Assembly: GCF_009914755.1 (NCBI RefSeq)
Contig: NC_060934.1
Reading direction: 5' to 3' (one strand)
From: the human T2T-CHM13v2.0 reference genome, Homo sapiens
Length of the DNA: 64,000 nt
The position numbers and the translations under genes are program-made. The number at the start of each line of letters is the position of its first letter. Position 1 is the stretch's first letter. Below the pieces are notes generated by a model. The model saw nothing but the letters and a program-made list of their open reading frames with translations. It searched no databases and was not told the DNA's origin. Below are positions 41,334-53,779 of the stretch, one piece after another.

Positions 41334-41420
41334 GTCTGCAGCCATACCACCCTGAACACAGCGAGTCTCATCTGATCTGGGAGGCTTAGCAGGGTCAGGC
41401 CTCAGTAGTACCTGGAAGGA
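41334..41420 (+). pseudogene. 5S rRNA pseudogene, 3'-truncated (about nt 1-87)
   Basis: gtctgcagccataccaccctgaacacagcgagtctcatctgatctgggaggcttagcagggtcaggcctcagtagtacctgga aligns to 5S GTCTACGGCCATACCACCCTGAACGCGCCCGATCTCGTCTGATCTCGGAAGCTAAGCAGGGTCGGGCCTGGTTAGTACTTGGA with CpG decay. Confidence 0.93.
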
Positions 41421-41454
41421 AAATGAAGCACATAGGATGTGTCCTTCAATAGGT

Positions 41455-42330
<876 letters not shown>

Positions 42331-42710
42331 TGGACAGGTCCAATAAGGCTGTTGGATCATAGGCAGTGTAAAGAGGCATGGTTATTTAGTTGGTTAAGTC
42401 TCAAGCCCACCGAAGAAGAGTATGTGTTTGTTGCAGGAGTCAAGGGAGCTTTAGGGAAGACTGGGTGGCCTTGGTATCCCAGTGGAGTTGCTTTGAGCAA
42501 GGTTTAGTCAAAGGTAGGTTAAGGATATGGCAGGGCAAAAACATCAGGAAGCCAGAGTTTGTCTTTGGAAATTCCAGCCTTTCTTTTCGGGTGATTTCCC
42601 CAACCCCTGCTGCAGCAGTCTCTTATTTACTTTGACTCAAACACCGAATTCCCTCCTACTACTCCTTCTCCTTTCTACAACACCAGCTCTCTAGATATTT
42701 CTGTTCCTAA

Positions 42711-42835
42711 TTTTTTTTTTTTTTTGTAGAGACAGGTCTCCCTATGGTGTTGCCCAGGCTGGTCTTGAACTCCTAGCCTCAAGTGATCCTCCTGCTTCAG
42801 CCTGCCAAAGTGCTGGATTACAGGTGTAAGCCACC
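42711..42835 (-). mobile_element. Alu left monomer (FLAM-like)
   Basis: poly(T) gtagagacaggtctc...caggtgtaagccacc. Confidence 0.85.
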
Positions 42836-44360
42836 TCTGGACATCTTATCTGTGAAATTTTAGGCATTGATCAGTGCAGAAAGAACCATGAACTGCAGGA
42901 TGTTCTCAGAGACTCTGACATTATGGCCCACAAGAAGCTGCCCACTCAGCTTCTAGTCAGTTAGGTGTGGACTTCATCAATCACAGAATGAAGACTCAGA
43001 CAGCCTCCCAGGAGGACACAAAGTCAGCCTCAGAGAGGCATGGAGGTGTTAAAGAGGGAAGTGCCTGCTAGAATTTCAGTGGGTTGGATATGCTCTTTAA
43101 CGATGCACAAATCATAGGTATACATTTTCTGACAATTGGAATCTATTATTACTCTTGAACCAGCTGTTCCCCAGGCTGTTTCCTGTAATGGAAGGGATAC
43201 TTTGAGTTTATATCTTTTCAATCCTACATCCTCAGAAATCTACACTGATACTAATAAAGGGACTCATTTCTCCTATAAGAACCCCTATGCGAGAAAAGTA
43301 TGTTTGGGTATTGCCTAATGCACTCATAATAAATATACACAGCCATAAAACAGAGTAAAAGTCCTGGTAAGCCTGTTATTTGCAGTAATTGTAGATTGTG
43401 AGTGGACATTTTAAAGAGAAGCTTACAAGTTAGTTGTACTTTCTGGTAGTAATTACCTCCCACAACATGACTCACTTCGGCAGTTTAAATGCAAGAGTTG
43501 GGTGTCCCAAAATCAACAGTTTTATAAATAAATCTCTGAATCATGAACTGAATGCATAAATGTTTAAATATTTCTCCTTCTTAATCTGAAAGATAGCTTT
43601 AGATTTAAGATATTGCACATATTTTAAATACCTTAGGGGAAAAATAAAAACAAAAAAAGCAAAAAAGGCAATGGATGTCTCTGTACACTGTAGAAAGGCT
43701 TTAACTTGGAAGTTGATATCCTCTTTGCAGGAATGAACCTACAGCAACCAGAGTGTTAAGTGGATGTTTTCTTCAATCCAAGAGGGGAGGCTGCTATCAA
43801 TCTGTTCTAATGCGGCCCATTTGTTTGTTTTTTAAGTAATACTCGCAGGGCAGACTTTTATGGTAATGTAGCAACATTAATGCTTTTAGGTGGGACTCTC
43901 CTGCAGTCTCATGGGTAATAGAACATATAACGGAAGAAATGTGGCTGTGTCAGCTTGGAATGCTGCAGAAAGAACAATTCATGCCAGAAGGAGACATTCG
44001 GTTTTTTGGAATGCTCACTGAAAGACATTGTGTATCTCAATGAACTTCAGCCTTACAATCAGTGAAGCTTTTTTTTTTTAAACCTGAAAAAAATCACACT
44101 CTAAAATTATTAACAGAAACATCATCCACCCCACTAGACTCATTTTTTTGTGAAGTTCTAAAGTTTTATTTATGTCTGGTTAAAAAGGGAACTGTATTAG
44201 AAGTCTGTTCTATTCTTGTAACCATGTTTTTCAGAATTTACGATTAATCACCCACATGGATCTAAGAGTAAAATCTGGAGTCAGAATTCTATATCTGTGT
44301 TTAAAATATAAAATCACATGTCGATCTACCTATGTTTTTCCCTCTGTTTAAAATAGCAAT

Positions 44361-45201
44361 GTGACAGCCAACTTAGCACTGAATCCTATAGAATGTTCAG
44401 TGTCGAAAAAGAACGGCTTCTGCTGGTTTTTTTTTTTTTTTCAGTCCTTTTCTGAATTTGATGTCTATTTTGTTCCCAGTTATTTTCATATCTTCAGCTG
44501 CTGCTATTACATTCCCATCTCTTGGAAGGAGCCAGAGCCAGAGAAATACAGGGTTCCTCTGTGGCCAAGGGAAAAATGCCTGCCAAGAATGCTGAACTTC
44601 TGGTGAAGGTCACTAAATACTACAAAACGGACTAAGTACAGTAAATAATAATGTTGGTGCACACAAATGAATAGCCAATTGCATTGGCATTTTGTGGGGA
44701 AATCTGATATTGTATAATAACACTAGTACATCTAGACATGGAGAAGCTAGTAAAACACCTCCAAAGGGCATGCAGCAATTCTGTGGTTGGACAAGGACCA
44801 ACCCAAAGCTCAGCGTGTCCCAGAATAATCATCCTGACAAATAACTGGTATCTTTGGTTGCACGTATTAGACCCCTTAGTATCGTAGGCCAGAAACTTTT
44901 CACCTGGATCTCATTAAGTTTTTTGTACAGGACGGAAAAACCAGGCTCATAGAGACCATTCTCTTGAGTGCAAAACGATCACCTGTAACTGACTTTCAGA
45001 CTCCTAGCATGTCAAAAGATGGGGCAAGTTCCTTCCATATAGCTCACTGGAGGTATTTACAGTGCCCAGGATGTTATTTATGGTCTAGGAAGAGTTTGAG
45101 TTCTTGGTGGCAGGCAGGGGAGTATAGTTTGAGGGAGATCCATCACATGTCTTTTTCGACACTGAACATTCTATAGGATTCAGTGCTAAGTTGGCTATCA
45201 C
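44361..45201. repeat. 52-bp inverted repeat (44361-44412 / 45150-45201), 1 mismatch, 737-bp spacer
   Basis: gtgacagccaacttagcactgaatcctatagaatgttcagtgtcgaaaaaga vs its reverse complement; also visible as the shared peptide ANLALNPIECSVSKK in opposite-strand ORFs. Confidence 0.97.
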
Positions 45202-45689
45202 GTGGTTCTCAAGCCACGTTTTGAACAAGAGTAATTTACTGCTAAGTACAAAGCTGTAGGGTACCTTAATAAGCATCTGGGGAGAATATAAGTTGCCTTG
45301 ATGATGATCAGAAGTGGCTCGGGAGAGGCAGGAGAATGCTAACTGATTCTCTAATCCCCGGGCTCCTATGCCAGGGAATGAGTGAAGTCTTTCCCCCAAA
45401 GGCAATAGCAAATCCCTCTGACTTTCAAAACAGTATCATACTGTCTGCATTTTCTCTTTAACTAAGTTAGGTTACCTCACAGGGACTGGTGGTTACATCA
45501 GGAGATGGCATTTCTTCATTAAGTTAAGGGGTCCCACCCTCTCCCTTTTATAATACAGCTTTTTGTTGATTTGATCCTAATGGAAGCAAATCCAAGAGAA
45601 CATAAGGAACATGCCTTTAGGAGTAAATGGAAGAACTTCCTTTTCAAATGGTATTGCTAAGTTCTAGAATGGGAAAACTGGATAACAGA

Positions 45690-46185
45690 AAGAAGGGTAC
45701 TTATTCCATATTTACGTTCTCTCGGCATCCCTTCCATTGCTCTGCCAATTGTCCTGCGCTGGCTCTGCCGGGGATCTGACCAGGACCCCATCTGACACCT
45801 GGGCATGACACACCATGGAACACTAGGCTCTGAGTCATGTTCAACCCTGAGGTATGTGGAGTGAACTCCCTATGGGGTGAAACTTAAATATAATGAGATA
45901 TAAGGGCCAGTGAGTGAAACTTAAACCAATGAGTTATGAGGGCCCCCTCTTCCTTGTGGATTGACTGGCTTGAGACGCTGTTCAAATTATCAGAGGATAG
46001 CCCTGTAGAAAGAAACAATCAGGTGCACAGAGAAGCAGCCAGTGAGCTAGCACCTTCTTGTTTAGGCTCTACTTTCCCTGCTTCATTCTCTGGGACCCTC
46101 TTGGGTGTCTCCTGGGGTTGCACTTCCTAATAACATTAAGCCTTTCGTCTTGGCCTCTACTTTCTGGAGAAGCCAGGCTGACACA
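45690..46185 (+). mobile_element. Ancient ERVL-type solo LTR (LTR16/33/50-like)
   Basis: 3' end ttgcacttcctaataacattaagcctttcgtcttggcctctacttttctggagaagccaggctgacaca resembles ERVL LTR termini; exact family uncertain. Confidence 0.45.
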
Positions 46186-46282
46186 CTTTCAGAAGGGGAA
46201 AAAAATTGCATAGTAGTTCACCTGGAAGAAAAAGCCATCTCAAAAAGTGTTTATTTTATTAAAAGAAGACTGGGTAATGTTG

Positions 46283-46460
46283 TGTCAATGTAGGTTCAGA
46301 GAGGTAACAGATGCATCATTCTGGTGGGAGATGTTGTGGGAGATGTTGGCAGTAGGGGAGGCTGGGTATATATGGGGATGGGGGATATGGGAAATCTCTG
46401 TGCCTACCACTCAAATTTTCTTTCAACCTAAAACTGCTCTGAAAAAATAAGGTACATTAA
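46283..46460 (+). mobile_element. L1MC-type 3' UTR fragment
   Basis: gtcaatgtaggttc...gggaaatctctgtgcctaccactcaaattttc...aacctaaaactgctctgaaaaaataa. Confidence 0.75.
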
Positions 46461-46579
46461 AACAAACGAATGAACAAACAAAAAAGAAAACTGGTGAAAG
46501 ACTAGCCCGATCAAATATTGAAGTATATTATAAAACCACAGTGATTAAATCAGTCTGCTCCTCATGCAAGGAGAATCAG

Positions 46580-46785
46580 GCAGGAAATTCGATGTGCCTG
46601 CTGTGTGTTAGGCCCTCTATTATGCACTCTACATGAATAATCTCATTTCGTTCGCATAACAGCCCTGCTTGGTAGGTATCATTTATGCCATCATTTTAGA
46701 AATAAAAACAAACCAACCAACCTGAGGCCTAGACACTTTCCCAAATTCAATCAACTATTATGTTGCAAAGACAGGATTTGAACTT
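46580..46785 (-). mobile_element. MIR
   Basis: aatctcatttcgttcgcataacagccctgcttggtaggtatc...cctgaggcctag...acaggatttgaac. Confidence 0.65.
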
Positions 46786-46799
46786 TTTAATGATACACG

Positions 46800-47242
46800 T
46801 AGCCACAAGGCAATATATTCACTAACCATTTCCCTCTCACCCTGGGCACATAAGAAGACTACATTTCCAGGTGGACCTCTAGGTGTGGTCATGCGACCCA
46901 CTCAGGCCATTCAAATATGGTAGAGGTGTGTGTGCTGCTTCTAGGCCTGACCCCTAAATCTCATGAGACCCTCTGTTCCCCCCCACCCGTCACTGGCTGC
47001 AGAAGATCTAGCAGATGATTCCAAGATCCCAGACAACTCTAAAGTCCCAGAAGGCAGTGGATCCCCTAGATGGAAGAAGCTAGAACCCTAACTGCTGTGG
47101 AAGGACAGCAACCCAACCCACCACCCAGAGAGGCTGTGACAGATGTGAGAAATATATCTTTTATTCTGTTTATTTCTCAGTTAATCTACTGAGCTTTGGA
47201 GTTGTTTGTATAACAGTCATTGTAAATTATCTTAATTGAAAC
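46800..47242 (+). mobile_element. MLT1 (MaLR) solo LTR
   Basis: gactacatttcc...ggtcatgcgac...cttctaggcctgacccctaaa...gtgagaaatatatc...ggagttgtttgtataacag. Confidence 0.65.
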
Positions 47243-47419
47243 ATATACTTGCCAAGTTTTAAAAAAATAAAAAGGACTCTAAATAAAATAAAGCTATGTT
47301 AGATTTTTCAGGGGGGGCTTCAAGAATTCCAAATTTAATCAGTGATTTTTTAACCCCCTTGAAATTCTGTGAACCCTACTCAAGACAATAATAACAACAG
47401 CACCACAATGATAATAACT

Positions 47420-48020
47420 AACTCACTGTAAGTGTTAAGTTCAATGAGTTTTGATAATTGTATGGTCACGTAACCACAATCAAGATCTCGAACATTTCCA
47501 TCACCCCAAAAAGAGTTTCCTCGTGCTCCTCAAGACCGAGGTCTCAGGCAATCGTGTTCCTGCTACACTGGAGTTTTGCCTTGCCTTGAGTTTCATACAT
47601 ATGGAATCACACAGGATTAAGGTTTTTTAAGGTTTTTAAAAACTTCAAAAAGCAATACTTATTATATACGTACCATTTTTACAAATCATTCCATTTTCTG
47701 CACTTTTTACATTACCAAGGACTTTAATTTTAAGCATATTATGGTATGTCAACACCAAACCAAGTAGGACCTCTTATGTTCGATGCTATTTAAAAAATAA
47801 AAGTTCTATAGGATTCTAAGTTTTAAAATATTTCTCTCACAGCTAAACATTACACATATATGGAATTTGTTCATTAATTTATTTGCTATTCATCCCAATA
47901 AACAGCCACTGAAAGTGGCTGACTTTCAACCTCTTGTGACTGACTTCTGCTTAGCATAACGTTTTTGAGATTCTTCCATGTTGCTACATCTGTTAATAAT
48001 TCAATCTCTTTAATTGCTGT
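47420..48020 (-). mobile_element. Old L1M 3' UTR fragment split by the inverted duplicate
   Basis: aagttcaatgagttttgat...gaacatttccatcaccccaaaaag...tggaatcacacag [insert] gacttctgcttagcataacgtttttgagattcttccatgttgct. Confidence 0.75.
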
Positions 48021-48335
48021 GTTCTTCTTCTTTTCGGTAATGAAATCCCTAAATTCTAGTTGGGTACCTGGCTACCCAGTTAGAGATTACATTCCCAGGA
48101 TAGCTGTGGTACAAAACTCATTCCAATGAGATGTGGGCAGAAATGATATACCCAATTTCCAGGTCACTTTCTTATTGGCAAGTTGCTGGCCCTAGGGATT
48201 GCTATAATGAGAAGAGACATGTATCTATTAGGTCGGTGCAAAAGTAATTGCCATTTAAAAGTAAGGGCAAAAACCGCAATTACTTTTGCACCAACCTATT
48301 ATCTTATTTAAGCCATTGTATTTTGAATCTCTGCA
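48020..48335 (+). mobile_element. MLT1-type LTR fragment hosting a MADE1
   Basis: gattacattcccagg...ccaatgagatgtgggcagaaatgata...tatcttatttaagccattgtattttg. Confidence 0.55.
48228..48299. mobile_element. MADE1 (Hsmar1-derived MITE) with a small internal deletion
   Basis: ttaggtcggtgcaaaagtaattgc...gcaaaaaccgcaattacttttgcaccaacctat, flanked by TA on both sides. Confidence 0.93.
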
Positions 48336-48344
48336 AAGTAGTTA

Positions 48345-48487
48345 GCTCAATGAGTGCACTCCCCATGGAGCAGGGCTATATTTTATTCATCTTTGTAACC
48401 TCATCACGACTTAGCTCAGTGTTTTATAACGAATAAGCTTTCAGTGGCTGTTTATTGGGATGAATATCAAATAAATTAATGAACAAA
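48345..48487 (+). mobile_element. L2 3' end fragment, overlapping the start of the second inverted copy
   Basis: ctccccatggagcagggctatattttattcatctttgtaacc...gctcagtg...tgaatatcaaataaattaatgaa. Confidence 0.6.
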
Positions 48488-49312
48488 TCCTATATATGTG
48501 TAATGTTAGCCCTGAGAGGAATATTTTAAAACTCAGAATCCCATAGAACTTTTATTTTTTAAATAGCATCGAACAAAACAGGTCCTACTTGGTTTGGTGT
48601 TGACATACCATAATATGCCTAAAATTAAAGTTGGTAATGTAAAAAGTGCAGAAAATGGAATGATTTGTAAAAATGGTACCTACATAATAAGTAATGCTTT
48701 TTTAAGTTTTTAAGCTGTATAGAATCATAAAATAATCAAGGATGAATTATAGATTAACTAAACTAATTTGACATTCAAATTTATACTTTTATTCTTTCAG
48801 AAAGAAAACTTATCAACTTCCAAATTAGCTAAAACATACCTATAACAATTAACTGGAAATATGTGTTTCATAAAAAGTAAGCAATATGAAACAAAGAGTA
48901 CAGCTTGATCCTCTATAGAAAGAAGCTCAATTTATCACTGACAAACCTGGTCAAAACAATTTGTAAATCTATCCTGCATCCCTTGGAAAAATTAGCTGTG
49001 TGAAAAAATATAATTACTTTAAAAATGTTATTTAACTCATCATCTGGTTGCTGCAATTAACTTAAAGACCTAGGTCAATCTTTTTACAGCAGAAAAATCA
49101 ACAGAATTTCATGCCGTCTCACAAATATGATTTTTAAGAAGTTGTGTGGCTGCTCATGGCTAGCCTACTTCTACTTTGATGTCATTCCTTCTGCTATCAA
49201 AGCTTCAGTGAAAAGTCTTCTGTTTTGAAAGTCCAAAGAAATACAGAGTCTAGATGTCAGTAGATAAACTTTGAGTTTCAGGGCTTACACTGTGATACAG
49301 CATCATTGTCTT

Positions 49313-49620
<308 letters not shown>

Positions 49621-50687
49621 CATTGTCTTGTGTATACCAATGGAGTTAAACAATTGCCAGCCCATTTATAGGGAACTCCTACAAAGAGTTCTCAGCAGGT
49701 CCCACTCCACTCAGCAATAAGGGTACAGTTATTTCCTGAAGTCAAATTCGATCAACTATAATTGTGTATTCTTACCACTAATTTACTTACATTCTAACTC
49801 TAAAAAATAATTTTTTATCTCAGCAAATCAGTTTTCTTCCCCAGTGGGTATTGTTTTCAATATAATAACTAATTAGCAACCTTTTAGTTTAATAAAGTAT
49901 GAATGGGATGCCCGCAATGCACTTACATTGATATTTCAAACTACTTACCACTTAGGATAATGAAAAATCACTCCGGCCATTTACATAGCTGGCATGTAAA
50001 TTTAAAGTAGCTATCCATCACAAAAATATTATATGAAATTATGAAAATGGCATTTCATTGTACTTAAAATAGTCGGTCTTGTGTAAATTTTAGGTACAGT
50101 GAGTTAAATACATTCCCCAAACAATTTCTCCTAAAAAGCCTTTACATACTGTTATTTGCAGAAGAATTTCAACAAATAACAATTATTTGCCCTACAATAA
50201 AACTAGAATGGCCATTTGACATTTAGAATTGAAAATGGAAAGTTTTTTTTATCCCCCCTTGCCTACCTTTGGGATTGCATTTTTCTTAGTATTTTATTTT
50301 CCTGTGAGGGACTCAGCCAGTTTTCCTGACTTTGGGTCACAGGGACTTGGGAAACAATTGTGTAATTTAATAAATCACAGTACGAAAGGATTTGCCAGAG
50401 AATCTGTCTTGATTTGCCTTTGATTCTACTGCCCCTTGGATGGGGAAGAGGAAGAGGAGTAAAGGTTGGAAAGAATGGGAATAAAGAAGATATGCCGGGA
50501 AGGGAGGTGTGAGGTCAAGGTGAAAACATCCATCTTCCCTGTCCTCCAAGCCAGGGCTGCTCTGGAGCGGGCTGAGAGGGACAGATCGTCTCAGGGGGAG
50601 GACACACCACCTGGAACTGACAAAAGGGATTCAGAGCAATGATAGGTGGCTCTTGGCTCTCAGACTCTTGCCTGTATATCTTTGTAG

Positions 50688-50990
50688 AACCAGATGATTT
50701 CTTGGATTGGCCAGATTAATTCCAGGCCCAAGGAGCAAAAGAATCCTAAAACAGAGACAGAGGCTGTGAGAAGCGAAAGGCGCTGTGGATGTTGCTGCCC
50801 TAGCGTTTGGAAGCCCGAACATTCACATGACTTGCTTCAATCTCATAGAGAGCCAGCAGCTGAGCTGTGGGTCCAAGTGTCAGGACACCTCGCCCATATC
50901 TCTGTGTGCGAAAGGATGTGCATGATGTGGTCCCAATCCTCAGGCCCAGTGCTACTTCTCTATTCATGCCGAGAGCAGCAGGCCAGGGAG
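50688..50990 (+). other. Candidate spliced exon (probably lncRNA), 303 nt
   Basis: Acceptor ctcttgcctgtatatctttgtag|AAC and donor GAG|gtgaga bracket a unique, GC/CpG-enriched segment; no transcript evidence available. Confidence 0.35.
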
Positions 50991-51045
50991 GTGAGAAGAA
51001 CACATAATCACGGCATTTTTTACTCCCTGGCTCTGGCCTTCTTAG

Positions 51046-51426
<381 letters not shown>

Positions 51427-51827
51427 TAGTCCCTCCCCTAGGCCAGAAAGCAGGTGGGACAGAGAAATCTTCAGGCCCATGAAAAGATGATGTGTAGAGA
51501 TTACAGCCACCAAATGGCTTCAGAATTATTCACTGAGGTGTGTTATAATCAATATTATAATGAAATAAATCAATCAAGCCAGGGGGATTTTGTTCAAAAT
51601 GTTCTTGCAGTTGGGAGGGTAAAACCTCAGCACCACTACAGCAGGTCCTCATAAATGGGGCACTCCAGGGGCCCTTTATTTATTTCTCGTTTTCACAGCT
51701 CCCACTGTAGTAGTGCTGCCTTGCTGAGACCTGCCCACATTTATCAGCTTGCAAATTCTTTGAAATGGGTATCTTTTCTTATGAACAAACATACATAGTA
51801 ACAAGTCGTATTAAAAATGAGATTATT

Positions 51828-52113
51828 GGCCGGGTACAGTGGCTCCCACCTCTAATCTCAGTGTTTTGGGAGGCCGAGGTGAGAGTATCACTGGAGACTG
51901 GGAGTTCAAGGTCAGGCTGGGCAACAAAGCATGACCTCCTGTCTCTACAAAAAGTTAGAAAAAAATTAGCCAGCCTTGGTGGCACACACCTATAATACCA
52001 GTTACTTGGGAGGCTGAGGCAAGGAGGATTGTTTGAGCCCAGGAGTTTGAAACTGCAGTGAGCTATGATTACACCACTGCACTCCAGCCTGGGCTACAGA
52101 ATGAGACCCATCT
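51828..52113 (+). mobile_element. AluJ, full length
   Basis: ggccgggtacagtggctc...ggaggattgtttgagcccaggag...gagacccatctc; tail replaced by a TA-rich repeat. Confidence 0.9.
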
Positions 52114-52362
52114 CAATATCTATCTATCTAATCTATATTTATACTTCCATATATATATATATGGAAGTATATATATATATATATATATATAAAATACATA
52201 TAGAAGTATATTTAAATATATGTGGAAGTATATATATTTATATATATTATATATGGAAGTAATATATATGGAAATATAAATATAGATATATATGGAAGCA
52301 TAAATATAGATATATATAACACACACATGTGCGCACACACACACACACATATATATACGGAA
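52114..52362. repeat. Complex TA-rich repeat with recurrent TATATGGAAG motif and a 32-bp perfect palindrome
   Basis: tatacttccatatatatatatatggaagtata (52140-52171) is self-complementary; GGAAG/GGAAA recurs downstream. Confidence 0.93.
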
Positions 52363-53415
52363 CCTAGTTCCTTATGACTGCTTATGTATCCTTATTCTAG
52401 GTTTTCAATGAGAAAGGGATGACACAGAATAAGGAAACAAATTGACCAGCATGTAAAATTTCATTGTATATTTTCGTTTTGTCTATTTCCATAGCCTCAA
52501 AAATCTTACAATGTTTGTTCTGGGTGGTTTCCTTTCTATGACATATGCTCGGGGCCACAAGAATAACACAGCCCACCACCTCCTCCAGTGCTTGTTCTTA
52601 TTTTCAATTTATCAAAAATTGTAGTTGATGTTGGATGATGAGAAAGGCAATGGTCTTTTTCTACTCAAGCCAATTTCTGTCATTATTCCTAGTTCAATGT
52701 TGTCTAGTGCAATAGACCTGTCGAAAAGGGTGTCCACATTTGTCAAAAAGGAACACTTTCCAGTTCCAAAATTAGAGGTGAAACCTGTTGTACCCAGCTC
52801 TGCCGAACATTCCACACTCCTCAGTGGAGGAAGGAGTTGGCTCCATCTAGGCGAGGTCTGAGGATCTGGAAGGTGCTCAGCTCCCATAGCTATTGGCACG
52901 GTGTGGGGATATTTCAAGAGTGCCGCAAAGGACTGAACTTTGTGTGACTGACTGGGAAAATGTTCTGCCTGCACAATCACACATGAAACCTTTCCTTTTG
53001 GGAAAGTGTCATAAATAATACAGACAGCAAATCTGTTAACCTCTTCTGGACAGGACAACATGTCTTGCTTATTTTAACATATGCTGCATGTATCAGTTAG
53101 CAAAGCTCTTATTTCACCACTAACTGAACATCACCGCAGCCTTAATTTGAACCAACCCTAGACTTTCCATGATGTCATGGAATATCACATGTGGAAAATG
53201 TATTGTTCCAGTTCCTGCCTTCACACAGGAGGATTTAACTTACTCAGGGCAGAGTAATTTTTATGCATGACTTGAGTATCTTCAAGGAAGTCCATGATCT
53301 CCAGTGTTTGTGATCTGACATTGACCTTGCACACTATTGTGATTTATATTGTGCTAGAGTGAGTTGTGTCCATGGGTAGAAAAAAAGACATGGAAAGAAA
53401 GACAGCAATGCCTTT

Positions 53416-53771
53416 TGTATTAGTCTGTTTTCATGCTGCTGATAAAGACATACCTGAGACAGGGTAATTTACAAAGAAAAATAGGTTTAGTGGACTCACA
53501 GTTCCACCTAGCTGGGGAGGCCTCACTATCATGGTGGAAGGTGAAAGGCACATCTTACATGGTGGCAGGCAAGAGACAATGAAAGCCAAGTGAAAGGGAA
53601 ACCTCTTATAAAACCATCAAATCTCGTTAGACTTACTCACTACCATGAGAACAGTATCGGGGAAACCCATGATTTTATTAACTCCCATTGGGTCCCTCCC
53701 ACAACACATGGGAATAATGGGAGCTACTATTCAAGATGAGACTTGGGTGAGGACACAGCCAAACCATATCA
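53416..53771 (-). mobile_element. THE1B-like MaLR solo LTR
   Basis: tgtattagtctgttttcatgctgctgataaagacatacctgagac...gacacagccaaaccatatca; 5-bp TSD ccttt / ccttc. Confidence 0.93.
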
Positions 53772-53779
53772 CCTTCTCT

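Larger units (their letters stand above)
47636..48713. repeat. About 280-bp inverted duplication (47636-47915 / 48438-48713), about 94% identical
   Basis: Manual alignment gives about 15 substitutions and 2 small indels; 522-bp spacer. Confidence 0.97.

Noticed and set aside
44009-44038. Weak third copy of the 52-bp repeat region (gaatgctcactg...aaagacat...atctc)
   Set aside because: Needs several gaps over about 30 bp; cannot be distinguished from chance by eye.
44361-45201. Novel MITE bounded by 52-bp TIRs
   Set aside because: No TSD, and arm identity looks too high for the long-extinct primate DNA transposons; kept as a templated duplication instead.
45877-45944. Imperfect ~37-bp tandem duplication (gtgaaacttaaa...aatgag..at.agggcc)
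   Set aside because: Old, diverged and inside an LTR fossil; no sign of function.
47804-47816. 13-mer ttctataggattc shared between the 280-bp copy 1 and the 52-bp repeat
   Set aside because: The donor copy reads ttctatgggattc and the flanks do not align, so probably coincidental.
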